DNA of 64,000 nucleotides from NCBI RefSeq assembly GCF_006345805.1, contig NW_021833064.1:83508-147507 (forward strand), in the 5' to 3' direction. The translations under genes were made by a program, and so were the position numbers. The notes under the pieces are model-generated. The model ran no database searches. It saw nothing but the letters and a program-made list of their open reading frames with translations, and had not been told where the DNA came from. Position 1 is the stretch's first letter. Each line of letters begins with the position of its first letter. Positions 50,440-62,931 of this stretch are shown piece after piece. Origin of the DNA: Octopus sinensis (taxonomy: Eukaryota).

Positions 50440-51312
50440 GTCCGAGAGGTTCTACTCCCCTTCAACGAACTCTCTCTGGAGTTGCCGACTGCCGACCTCC
50501 TGGAATTCTGGACTGACGCTAAACTACCCCTCCCGTCCGACATGTCCGTGCAACGGGAATGGGATGAAATATGGGCAGCACACTCGTTCTCCACGCTTCA
50601 ACCGGCCTTGGACCAACACCGCCAAGCCTGCCTGCTTTCTGCAGCACACGAGCATAGTGGATCCTGGCTCGACGCTTACCCAACGTCATCGACGGGTTCC
50701 CTATTAGACAACGAAACACTACGTATCGGGGTCGCTCTTCGGCTGGGGCTCGATGTCTGCGCCCCTCATCCCTGTCGATGCGGAGGTACGGTCGACGTGA
50801 AAGGCCTTTACCCCCTCTCCTGCCGCCGGAGCGCAGGCCGCTCGCCTCGCCATGGAGCAATCAACAACGTAATCTCAAGAGCTCTCAACGCTGCTGGCTT
50901 CCCCAACGTGCTTGAACCAACCGGATTGGACAGAGGGGACGGCAAACGCCCGGACGGGATGACCACCTTCCCATTCCGGAATGGCAATTGCCTGATCTGG
51001 GACGCCACGTGCGCAGACACGTGGTCCCCATCCGCTCTACTGTCATCTGCTTCTTCTTCCGGCTCGGTCGCGGCCCTGGCGGAAGCCCGCAAAGTAGAAA
51101 AATACAAGAATCTTGCCACTCGACATTCCTTCGTGCCTGTGGCTTTTGAGACATCAGGCGCTTCCGGTCCGCTGACCTCATGCTTCTTAAAAGACCTCGG
51201 TATCCTCATCGCTCGGAAGAAGATGGATGCTCGCGAGTCCTCTTGGTTGAGGCAGAGAATCTCGCTCGCAATCGTGCGCGGGAACGCGCAAGCAATCCGT
51301 TCGGCTGGATAA
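50440..51312 (+). mobile_element. Longest CRE-type fragment (open 276-aa C-terminus)
   Basis: SGSWL...LRIGVALRLG, zinc knuckle CRCG....SC...RH, RLE KRPDG...IWDAT...FVPVAFETSG...QRISLAIVRGN. Confidence 0.92.
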
Positions 51313-52363
51313 TTTAGTTATAAATTATTATGTTTTATTGACAAAATTGTTGGTATGTTAAAAAAAAATAATAAATACGTGTTTTGCGTTCTGCGGATGA
51401 TAAATACTACTTTGAAATGAAAACTTGTTTGTATCAATTTCTCATTGAAAATTTAAACAAGAAGTGCCCTTATCTTTTGTGGATTTGGATGTCGAATTCG
51501 TTTCGCATTACCAATCCAACTGAACTACCAAGAATGTGAAAGACAACCCTAAGATGACGGTTGACTCGGAAAGTCTAATTACTTCATTTTAAATTTGTAG
51601 TTTTTTTTAAAGAAGTGATTTTTCTAATTTAAAAATGATTATTCTAATTGGAAAACCTCTAAAAGTAATAAAAAATTTAAGGTTAGTTTGGTTTTGTTCT
51701 GTCTAATTTTTCACAAGTCACGAAAATCATTAAAAATACCTTTAAAATAAGACTTAGAAAAAATTAAGACATATTTTATATGGATAGAATTGATTAAAAT
51801 GAGCACCTCGTGGGAACATTAGTTAAATTATCATGCTATACTTGTCACCCGTTTATTCATTATTTTTAAACAAATAAGTCAATTACAATTATTCAAATTT
51901 CATAGCAACACTCATAGTATAGTACTGAAATAAAGGATCCTCATCTTTCTAGACACATTTGTGGAAGCCTACCCTATTTTTAATGAGGATACCTCTAGTC
52001 AGCTAGGTAATGCGGTTAAAGTACAATCTGATAACTCTCATGACCTGTTGGCACATCATAGCATTCAAATGTGTCAGTAAAGAATGTGTGCACAGTCGTA
52101 GAGCTATCACGACTTTACGTGTAGCCTCTGTATGTGCATTACATATTCGTTTTAATTAAAACACTATTTTAAACGAAGCACAACAAAGTATAAAAATATG
52201 ACTCGTTAGATTTAATTAAATAATACATTTTTCAAAACAAGAAAAATTAAGCTGTCAATTAATTAATCTTCTTACGCTTATATTCTTTCCACTTTGCCAC
52301 CATTTCGTATTTATTTATCTCATAGAATGTCATTTCGTATTTATTTATCTCATAATGTCACCT

Positions 52364-52434
52364 GATCGTCATGTGGTTCACCTTCTCGTGGAGACGATTG
52401 GATGCTGATTTCACATCAGCAACAAACAGAACCA
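52364..52434 (+). ncRNA. Candidate HDV-like self-cleaving ribozyme at the LINE 5' end
   Basis: P1 52364-70/52393-99 (7 bp, G1.U wobble); P2 52374-79/52429-34; P3 52380-82/52390-92 (one mismatch); L3 UUCUCGU; P1.1 GG 52400-01; P4 52403-09/52415-21; candidate catalytic C52423. Folded by eye. Confidence 0.7.
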
Positions 52435-55400
52435 ACTTTTCCCCCTTGCCAACCAACCTGTCAACGGTTTGGTTGGTAGTGGCTACGGGACGAGCGCCAA
52501 GCTTACGTTCCCTGACTCTATTGTTGATTCGGTGTGGAGATGTGGAACAAAACCCTGGACCTGAGCCTATTAGAACACTAACCATCCTTCAATTGAACAT
52601 CAACGGGATTTCCAAGAAATGCAATGACCTACGCTACTTTCTACACACGAACTCTATTGATATAGCCTTATTCAAGAGACCAAACTTACTCCAAAATCCC
52701 AAACCCCCCGTTTTAAGGATATTCCACCATTCGTCGTGACCGCCAGTCTGGAAAGCCTGGCGGTGGTCTCATTACTCTCATTCACGAGGCCATTCCCTTT
52801 GCAGACTCAACTGCCAACATTGAATCTCTCTTAACTAATGATCGATTTACCGAAATTTCATCTATTCAAATTAACATTAACAAGATATGTTACTCTGTTG
52901 TTAACACATATATCCCCCCGATTTCGTCATGTGCTCCCAATTATACACCGAACTTACTGCCTCTTTTTTCAATTGAAAACTGTATTCTATGTGGCGACTT
53001 CAACGCCCACCATCCTCTCTGGTTATCCACAAACAAAACTGACAAACGTGGCCAGCAAATCACAACGGATGCGGAAGAATTGATCACTCTAAACAACCCT
53101 CTTCTACACACCCGCTGTGCAATGCGACCTGGAGATTCAAACACTTCTCCTGACATTACCTTTTGTTCCCCAAACATCGCCCTCGACGCCAAATGGACAG
53201 TTCTGTACGACCTACCAACGGACCACAATCCTATCCTAATCAAAATAAACCATCACCCTGTAAAGAAGAGAATTACGAAGACCTACATTAACTACAAACG
53301 TGGGAAATGGGACTCGTTCAGGAGTGAAACAGAACGTATATTCAGTAATTTTTCTTGCTCCTCCATTCAATCATTTGACGCTGCCGTTGCTTTCTTTACT
53401 AGTACACTTCTTTCTGCGGACAAAAAATTTATTCCCCGCGGCTTCATCCGAAATCACGGCCTCCATTTCCCCCCACCTATCATTGAACTATTCAAAAAAC
53501 GAAGGGGGATCAAATCGACGACTTCTATCAATGGAATGGAGAATCTCTAGCAGAAATCAACAAACAAATTGACGAATTAATCAAGAAACATAAAACTGAC
53601 GAATGGAATGATTTTATCACTTCAATAACCCCAAATACTGGATCCCGTGCTTTCTGGAGAACCCTCAAGAAAATTCACACGAGGCAAACATGTCCCCTCT
53701 CACATGCCACCGGTATCTCGACCAAAAATCTGTCCTATCTTTCCAGGATCAAGCCAACATCTTAATTCGCCATTATGCAAAAATCAGTCACCTTCCTACC
53801 CCAAAGGATCTCCGTTTCGTAAGAAAATCACATTATAAGTCAAATGACAATTCTACTGACTATATTAACATCCCAGAATCACTTACCAGGCAACTTGTTG
53901 TTAACTCGCGGAATTCTAACGCCAGAGGTCCTGATGGCCTTGCCATCCACCACCTAAAAAATCTGGGTCCTAATGGCTTTCTGGCTCTGACCAATTTAAT
54001 CGAATACTCGATCAACCATGGTCTGGTTCCTATGCTTTGGAAGAAATCTACCATCATCCCTATCCCAAAGCCAAATCGTGATACCTCTGACCCCTCCTCT
54101 TTTCGACCTATCTCTTTGATCTCAGTGGTTTCAAAAATAACAGAGCGAGTTGTATTGAGCATCATAAAACCTTTCCTCCCATTTGCTGAATCTCAACATG
54201 GCTTTCGTTCTTTGCATTCCACTTCCACCCATCTTTCAAAACTGACACAATTCATTGCGGATGGGTTTAACAATCATAAGCCACCTCAAAGAACAATTAT
54301 TGCATCCATCGACATTGAAAAGGCATTTGACAGAACGTCAAGACACGTTCTGTGTAGGAAAATAACCGATACGGAATTCCCCCACCAAATAAAGTCATGG
54401 CTACTCTCTTTTCTCTCTGGGCGTCTTGGTCGCACCACAATCATGTCTTCTTACTCACGCTACAAATACTTGCCTAACGGAGTTCCCCAAGGCTCGGTCC
54501 TTTCACCTGCCTTATTTAACTTACATCTGTCAAATATCCCGACGAACAATATACTCTACTTCTCTCCTATGCTGATGACTTAATTTTTGCCTCCCGCCAC
54601 CAAATAATAATCACCGCTTCTGGATTTCTGCAGGAACACATGAACACTCTTTCGTCCTGGCTGAAATGCAATCTTCTTCAACCTTCTCCTTCCAAATCAT
54701 CTGTTACGCTATTCACAACTGACCGCCGTCAGTTCAACTTAGAGCCTAAACTATTCCTAGACAACACCCACTCCCAGTTGAAAAATCCCCCAAATCTTGG
54801 GTCTGATATTTGATTGCTGTTTGTCCTTCTCGAAACATGTTTCATATATCTGTGGAAAATCCCAGAAAAAACTCAATGTGCTCCGAGCTATTGCGGGGAC
54901 TTCATTTGGGCAGGATAAGGAAAGTCTAACAACTGTATACAAGCATTTATTAGAACAACTATGAACTACTACGCCATCCCTGCTTGGGGTTCCTGCTTAT
55001 CTATTACAAACCTTGAAAAACTTCAGAGAACTCAAAACTCAGCATTACGAATTATTACCGGCTGTCTAAAAACGACACCTACCGACCACCTACATTGGGA
55101 ATCGAAAATCCTTCCAATCAGTGACCATTTTGAAATGCTCGGGCTGCATTTCTTGACAAATGCCGAACCCTAAATCACCCTGGCTACTTCCTCTGGCACT
55201 CCACTAACAACAGGAGAATAGTTCCGACCCTCGCGGACAAAGTCCGCAAGCTTATACGATCCCCTCCGGACATTAACCAGAAGGGGATTCACGACCTGGT
55301 GGCTACGAGGGCAATCAGATGTCTTGGAATAACAAGCTTCTGGGACGCCTTCCGCCGCCAATTAATAAGATCGAATCCTCCCTCTCAAGAGAAGCCCGAG

Positions 55401-55648
55401 TGAACTTGGCTCGTCTCCGCTGTGGCACCATACTGGCCTACACGATTATCGCATAAAAATCGGTCTTGGTGAAATAACCCCTTCCTATTCCCTCAACGAC
55501 CTTTTCTCCTGTCCAGGCCCGCCTTCTACTTCCTCGGAACACCGGATCACGATCGGGGATCTTTGGGAGCGTCCGACATTGGCCCTAACGTTCTTGTTAG
55601 CCACCGCTTCCTTCAATTGAAGGGGCCGGGGGTAAATAAATAAATAAA
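52364..55648 (+). mobile_element. Full-length Ingi/Vingi-like LINE (leader-2A-APE-RT, no RNase H), a few frameshifts
   Basis: TSD AATGTCACCT (52354-63; 55650-59); GDVEQNPGP; LQLNING, DFNAHH and TDHNP (APE); FRPISL, DIEKAFD, GVPQGSVLSP and YADD (RT); (TAAA)n tail. Confidence 0.92.
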
Positions 55649-56817
55649 GAATGTCACCTTTCATTCAATAGATCACGGCGTTCAATGGACTGATTACTTT
55701 TTATGAAATAGATAAAGATCAAATTATTTTAAGAAAAAAATTATTATACATTACGGCATTGTTATAATGAAGCTTTATTTGCATGAAATACAACAAATTA
55801 ATGATTCTCTATCTTTTAAAAATATTGATAAGAAAAAAAGATACAGATTGAAAATATCTCGAATCTGATTCAGTTTCAAAACGGAAAAACTTACATCCTC
55901 CAGGAAGATACTGAACTTTGCGGTCGAAGAATATGAGCTAAAGCTAAACATATTTAGGTTACCTATTGTTAAACATTGTCAGTCAGAACATAATATGGAT
56001 CACTTTAAACGAGATCGTCTATTCGACAAGCTTCTTAATCAAAATGTTTATTTTGTCAGAGAGTTTTCTATCTATATTTGTTAGTTAAAAATATTGCTAG
56101 AGAGTCGAAAATCATTAAAAATACTTTTAAAATAACGCTTAGAAAAAATTAAGACAGACATTTTCTTTGATTATAACTCTAGCTTTCACGAAACAACTAA
56201 AAAAATCGTAACCGAGGAAAATGGAGGAGACTCGTTACTAGTTTGGATGTTGCAGAGGTGGGACTATAATTATTATGGTTCTACAATAAGTGCGTTTATA
56301 ACAATTCTGAATTTCAATAGTCAGTAAGGTCATTTTAGACGAAAATGTCTCCAATGCATTCAAATTTTGATTTTTTTGGTTAACAAAAAACTTAAATCCT
56401 GTATATTACTCAGACCATCCAAAAGGTAGGTTGCGGCGCTGGAGATCCCTTTCAATGCCATTATTAGAATATCTAATTTATATATATTATGTCTGAATGT
56501 TTACCTTGTAGTTTCTTTCAAAAGGGTTGGGTCGAGAATCATCAAGAAACTTGCGAAAATGGACAAAAATAGCTTTAATTTGATTAGATTTAGTTTTGGC
56601 AAAATTTTATGACGACAGAATTAGAAAATCGACACTAAACAGTGCAAGAACTGTGCCCAGGTGGGTTTTTTTGTTCGGTTCACAAGATTTCACCACTCTT
56701 AAACACTTTGTAAGTCGTCAAAAAAATTAAAGTACGTTTTATCTGTACGTGGCCTGTTTTATCCAGGTATTATTATTTAATCTGTTTATTAATAAATATT
56801 TAAATTAATTCAAATCG

Positions 56818-58366
56818 ATGTGGTGTTTTGTTACTTTGGCCTGTTTATCTTCAACTCTCACGGTTTGCGAATACACCGAACACGTGGTTGTAAGACCAGT
56901 AACCAATTCTACCTCATTGATCACCTTTAAATTCAATTTTGAGTTGAACAAGGAAGAAAATAATTCATTTCCTCTCGCCCGATTACTAACAGAGAATGAG
57001 GTCAAGTACATCCACCTGGGACTATCCAAAGGAGTTCTCCCCCACACAACCGAGGCATCCCAATCAATGCAATCCCTCACTGAATTAGCAGTTATATTCA
57101 ATCAGTAACATTTCTAATACATTTCCCAGAAATGATCCCCAGAACTGGGATCGACTTATTTCGGGATTGTCCAACATTTTGTCTGCCTCTCTCACCAACC
57201 TAAAGTACTCCAAATCTTTACCTCTTCCCACATTTCTCCACATGTTACCCCTAAAAGAGATCGGACTAATGGCCTATGACTTGGAGGAGACCCTCTGTTC
57301 GGAGAATTTGTTTGCTCTGATGAGACAACTGCCCTGCAGAGTACAGTCCATGTCTGAGATTAGACGGGAATTGCTGGTTTAATTGACAATATTCACTTCT
57401 TCTCTTCGAATTATCACTCCTTGGATATCACATTCCTCGAGGGGGGACTGAACATATCCCTCAACTCACTAATCCACAATTCCCGGATTGGTGTGATCTG
57501 GGTTTATTTGTAGATCAAATATTCCGCACGTGGAGTAAGGGACCCTCGCTTTGTTTGGCTGCCACTGCCACAACTCTGACTGTCCAGACATCTAACATAC
57601 TCAGTGGACACAGTGAGGTATACGACATGTCCAAACAACACAATTATTCCAACATTCTCTCTCGAAATAGCACTCAGAATGTCCAATTGCTTACCATTTC
57701 TCGGTTTTTGCGAGGTAGGCCACTCGCTTTATAGTAGGGTCTGGTCTCCGCAGAAGGACAATCGAGGTCCTTATATATAATCCCTCCCCTCAGGCCCTCC
57801 GTGTGGCCTATTTTGACTCTTTTCCATCCACAGTGAAGGTGTATTATAGTTCTCTGAAAGTATTTGATAATTTTGACAATCATTCCAAACACAATCTGGT
57901 ATTTTCTCCACGCAAAAAGGGGGACTCTCACAGTACTCGGGAATTGAGGACTGTGATTCCCGCCGGCGGGAAGATTAGTATATTGGTGGATGTGATGTGC
58001 AATTTGAATCACATTTCGATGGATCTGCCTAAATTTAATGGTGATTTCCGAGTAGTGGGGGGGTTGGGGACTGTTATGGAGGAAGGGAGTGAGAAGGTCC
58101 TGTACTTCACGAGGTCGAACATTCTGACAATGAAGGCCATCACTCACGACGACCAGACGGAGATGTCTTCTTTATTCATAATTATATTCATTTTCTCTTT
58201 TCTCGTCGGGGGAGTCGTGAAATACACGACTTACGAAGTTCGGAGGATTCCGGATAATTCTGACGAAAACCGCTTTCGAAGTTTTATTAACACGATGCTC
58301 TACAAACTGCCATTTATCGGAGTGGCGGTCATTGCTCTTTATTTATTTGATTTGATTGAGTTCTGA
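56818..58366 (+). CDS. PIGT: GPI transamidase component PIG-T-like, micro-introns
   Basis: Signal peptide, EYTEHVVVRP...LITFKF, EETLCSENL..LM..LPC (cf. E.VCTENLTP..KLLPC) and a C-terminal TM segment; divergent. Confidence 0.7.
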
Positions 58367-58659
58367 AACGTGTTCAATTTAATTATTATCATTTTAAGAG
58401 TTTCTTTTAAAAAGACAAGAGTTAGAAAAAACGTGTTATCTCTCTGGATTTTATACTCAAAGGTAAGATAGAATACCAGTTAGTTGTATTAGAAGCGGCA
58501 AAGCTGCCTTGTTTCGTTTTTTGTTGTCATAGTCTACCTACAACAAAGACCAATTAGCTCGTGATTACATACCAACTGATCGAAATCTGACTAAAAGCTT
58601 TTAATCTGCATCAAAAAGTATTTGTAACCAAGAAAGTCAATAGCTTAAGAACAAAAAAG

Positions 58660-59545
58660 ATGTCTAACCTCTTTTTGGGGCACCTAGTGCCCCAAAAAAC
58701 AGGGGTTTCTTCAGATAGAGGGGTTTTCTAATATTAACGAAAAAAACTAACGTTTTGTTAATTTAAAACCAAAAGATGTTTATTCTTAATTTCATTTAAC
58801 AATTTTAGTCTTTACTTGTCGGGAAATGATCCGTTATTTTCGTTCCGAATTTGTACTTTTGAATTAATCGATCCATTGTCAACTTCTTAAAATTATAAAA
58901 TTTATTTAATATCTCTGAAGCATGCTGAAAAATGCCATCTTCCATTGCATTAATTGAAAAAATTAGTTCCTTGATAGATTGACATTTTATAACTCCGTCA
59001 TATAATGCGTTGTCATTTTCTATACCAGAGATTTCTACTGATATAACTTCTTTGACAGTTTCTTCGATTTTTTCTCCATTTATTTGATCAGATTTTTTCA
59101 CATCATGTGTACGTTGCTCATTAATTTTATTCCAACAATTTGTAATCGTTTCTTTAGTAACATTCATCCAAGCATCTTCAATTGCTAGCAAAACATTTCT
59201 CATATTTATATGTGATAGGCCTTAAAAGATTTATTTATCTACAGTGAATACCATTTAATATTAATTCTTCGCCTTCAAAAAAACATATGAATTTAACCAG
59301 TTCATGTGAGTAACATGTTTTGAATGAGCGAATTATTCCCATGTCAAGCGGTTGAAGCCGCGGAGTAGTATTTTTAGGCAAATATAAAAAATTTATATTG
59401 GAATAATCATCTGCTTTATGGCATCCTGCATTATCCAAAATTAATAAAATATGTCTGTTATTCTCTTTCATTTGTTCATTTATCACATATAACCATGCAT
59501 TAAAAATATAACTTGTCATCCAAACATTTTTTGAAGACATACAGT
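58660..59545 (-). mobile_element. 5'-truncated pogo/Tigger related to 17945-19624
   Basis: LDNAGCH, QPLDMG, KITDHF; subterminal CCTCTTTTTGGGGCACCTAGTGCCCC. Confidence 0.85.
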
Positions 59546-59744
59546 GCTCGTCAAAAAAAATTGCTCAGCCATTTTTTCATGCTTTTATTGACAAATTAAT
59601 AAAAAATTTAATCTTACGCTTCATTTTTTATTCTAATTCTTAAATATAATAATTTATTAATGCGATTTTATTTCAATATAAGGAATTTAAAGCATAAAAA
59701 TTTAAATCTCGTGACAAAAAACATTGCTCACTTTTCTTGTTATT

Positions 59745-59930
59745 GCATATGCCACGTTCTCCCAAGAAACAGTTAACTGAATTTAAAAAAAGATGATTAT
59801 TGCGTACTTTAAAGAGGGTAAATCAATCAGAGAAATCTCAAAAATACTTAATTTGCCGTATTCCACAATTTCATTTAATATTCGAAAATTTCGAGAATTT
59901 GGAACACTGCATCGGAGACCGGGCTCAGGA
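59745..59930 (+). mobile_element. Tc1 transposase N-terminal fragment, cut at the duplication junction
   Basis: EGKSIREISKILNLPYSTISFNIRKFREFGT..RRPGSG paired-like HTH. Confidence 0.75.
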
Positions 59931-60159
59931 TGTAGGGGACTGTCCCCATTATCACCTGCACTAATCTAATATTTAAATTACTGCACCTATCATCATCAAC
60001 ACGTTCGACACCGCCAGGAATGCCATCCAAAACATTTCCGGAGTATTTTCTTTTACTTTTCTTTATATTATCATTTATTTCCTAATTTGGTATTTTACTG
60101 TTTGTGAAATATTACAAAATGGCGGGAACTGGGATTTATTGTCACGTTTTCGAATTTTA

Positions 60160-61554
60160 TTTTTATTTATTTATTATGACCAAAAACACCGTCATAACCA
60201 TAATTAACTATTTCAGGTGATCCCAGCCTCTTTTAGAAACCTTCGCATCTTTTCTCTGTGTTCTACAGCGCATTGCCTAAGAGGTCGGCGATCCCGAACA
60301 TGGACTTTTTTCCTGAGGTCTCCACCGTTTTCTTTAACGATTTATTCTAATCCCTTTGGTTGAATTTTGTTCTCCGTGACATTCGGTAGGAGGTTTACAA
60401 TCTCCATTTGAATATTGTCGATTTTTTGACATTTGTATATGCTAGATTGCATCCCCATACTGTACATTCGTAACCAATTGTCAATTTAATGTATTGAGTG
60501 TATAGAGATTCTAATCTGTAAGTTCCTTTGGCGTTTTCCAATTTTCCAAGAAATGCTTTAAGAAAGTTTAGTTTCTTATTGCATTTCGTCAACACGTTTT
60601 CCGTATGGGGAGTAAGGGTTAGAGAGGTGTCAAAGGTGATTCCTAGTATCTTTAGAGTTTCATTTTGAGGAATTGATTTCCCTTCCATGGTCACATTTAT
60701 CGACAAATTCCCAGTCTTTTGTTAGTTGTGAAAAAGATTAGCTCAGACCTTTCCGGCCATACACACAGGTTATTTATATTTTTCTGTAATCTTCTTGTTG
60801 CTTCACTGACAAATATATACCTCGATGCAACTATTATATCATCCGCATATGATAGTAAAATGTCATTCTTGTTTTCAGGAAAAAGCATATCGTTCAACAT
60901 TAGGTTGAATAATACGGGGGATAGGGGGAACCTTGTGGCACTCCATTCAGTAGTAGCCTCGATGCAGATCTTCGATTGCCCTTGTAGATTCTACCCCGAC
61001 GTCCATTCAGAAAATTGGCGAGCCATAGTTTTAAATATGGTAACCATATTCAACGAGTAAATTTTCTGCTTTCTTGAGCAGAATCATTGGTACTCCGTCT
61101 GGACCACAGGAAATTGTATTCATTGTGTGTTGGATTACCAATGTGACTTGATCAGGTAGAAAAGGGGTTGATAGCTGTCCCTTTTTTGGTTTTCGTAAAG
61201 AATTTGGTGGCTTATTGTGTTTCTGATATGGTTTGTAGCTGATTAAACACAGTGCTTCATAAATTTGTTTAAATTTAGTGATTCACCAGGTTCACACTTG
61301 TCTGTGCATCATAGTCCCGAAATTTACGTAGCATCTTCCACAGATAGTGGACTATTCCTTTTCATAGCTGATGATATCCTCCCCAGCTTCTGCTTTTTTG
61401 ACTGTCTACTCCGGATCGCCTTATTCAGTGTCCTTATTCTCTTTGTTGTTTTTTCGGTTAGAAATTTTTTTGCGCTTAAGGAAGATTCTTTTCTTTATCA
61501 GTCTGATAATTTCTGGGTTTTATTTTCTTTCTATATTTTGGAAACGTTTTTGGA

Positions 61555-61601
<47 letters not shown>

Positions 61602-62900
61602 TTTTTTTTTTTTTTTTTTTTTATTGTAATTAACAAATAGTTATTAACTAACTAAATTCCCGGCATCGTAAATGGAAACACAGTTTCCACGTACTATGGC
61701 CAAGGAAATCCTTTCGAAAAGCCACTTGGACTCGCGTGGGTCTCCCCGTTTATGGGAGATCATGCGGCCAAGCTTTTTTAGAAAGGAAGAGACTTTTCGC
61801 CGATGACGCCGGAAGTCTCGACGGCGATGGGAGTGAACAGATACCGTTCAGAGAGCTCCTTGTACTTTCCATCTTCATCTTCTCGGTTTTTGCGAGAGAC
61901 TGAGCCAGGCTCGACAGCTGAAGAAGGAAGGTTGAGCTCCGAGAAAGTGTCTGAACACGTCGTCTGCATCCCATACAGAGACTTGCGAACTCAAACGGGA
62001 AAGTCGATAGGCCGTCGGTCTTTTTCCGTCTCCCCTCGCAAGCCCGACGGGTTCGAGGATTGATGGGATCCCAGCGGCCGATAAAATAGGAAATTATATT
62101 TTTGGACATATAATTTCCTTCCCACGAATATCACTTTATTGAGGTATTTGGCTGCCCTATCGAGGGAGTTGGGTTCCGGATAGAATGTGGAAAGTTTCGT
62201 ATCGAACAAAAGGTTAAGTCTGGAGATGTGATCGATTCTTTTCCGTTATATGACGTCCTTATATTTTTCTTTCGATCGTTCACAGTCTCTTGAATTGGAA
62301 AATAATGAGTTTTCCTCCGCCGGTTATTTCTGAAACCACAGAGGGTGCTTGGCATTAAAATCTCCAGAAAGCAGTAAGTTGTCCACATTATCAAGGCTAG
62401 ACAGATCGACAGTAAATCCTTTGGCGCATGACCCCGGTGGGGGAATATATAAGTTTCCAATAGTAATAATTCCATTGGAGGTATGAATAGTAAGCCCCAT
62501 GACTTCAGAGTTAGCATCTTGGGTCAGTTTTGTAAAGATTGCATGAGTTTTTGTGAATGTAATTCCCTTCCTGACAAAAGTCATTAAGCCCCCACCTCAA
62601 CCCGTGGGTCGATCCTGTTTTTCAACGTTATAACCATGGAATCTTGGAGTGTTGGCCATTACGGATGACTTCGTTTCTTGTAGCAGGCAAATATCGATAT
62701 TCTTTCTCTCCATGTACATATTGAGGTCTTTTTTTTTCCTCTGACGCCATTTATGTTTAAGCTCATAACGTTCAAGAATTCCTTTGGTCCAGGATTTTGT
62801 TCAACATCTCCAGACAGTAGCAACAAAAAAAAGGCTTCAATTTTGCAAGAGTGCTGTCCAGAGAGAGGTTTTCTTGATGGTTGGTGACTATTGGTTTTTT
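60160..62900 (-). mobile_element. APE-RT LINE remnant, copy B, with an intact 2A motif
   Basis: LLSGDVEQNPGPKEFLNVMS at about 62760-62820. Confidence 0.85.
61558..62098 (-). mobile_element. Recent 5'-truncated CRE-type insertion with poly(A) and TSD
   Basis: ~65-nt T tract; TTTTTGGACAT duplicated at 61547-57 and 62099-109; empty site visible near 43955-43970. Confidence 0.92.
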
Positions 62901-62931
62901 TGATTAATGACTATTTTTAATAAATATTTAA

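Noticed and set aside
51722-56165. ~55-bp direct repeat (51722-51780 and 56108-56165) as LTRs or composite-element ends
   Set aside because: Too short and diverged, and the enclosed LINE has its own TSD; probably a dispersed repeat.
61265-61633. Phe-rich ORFs
   Set aside because: Artefact of reading through the poly(T) of the CRE insertion.
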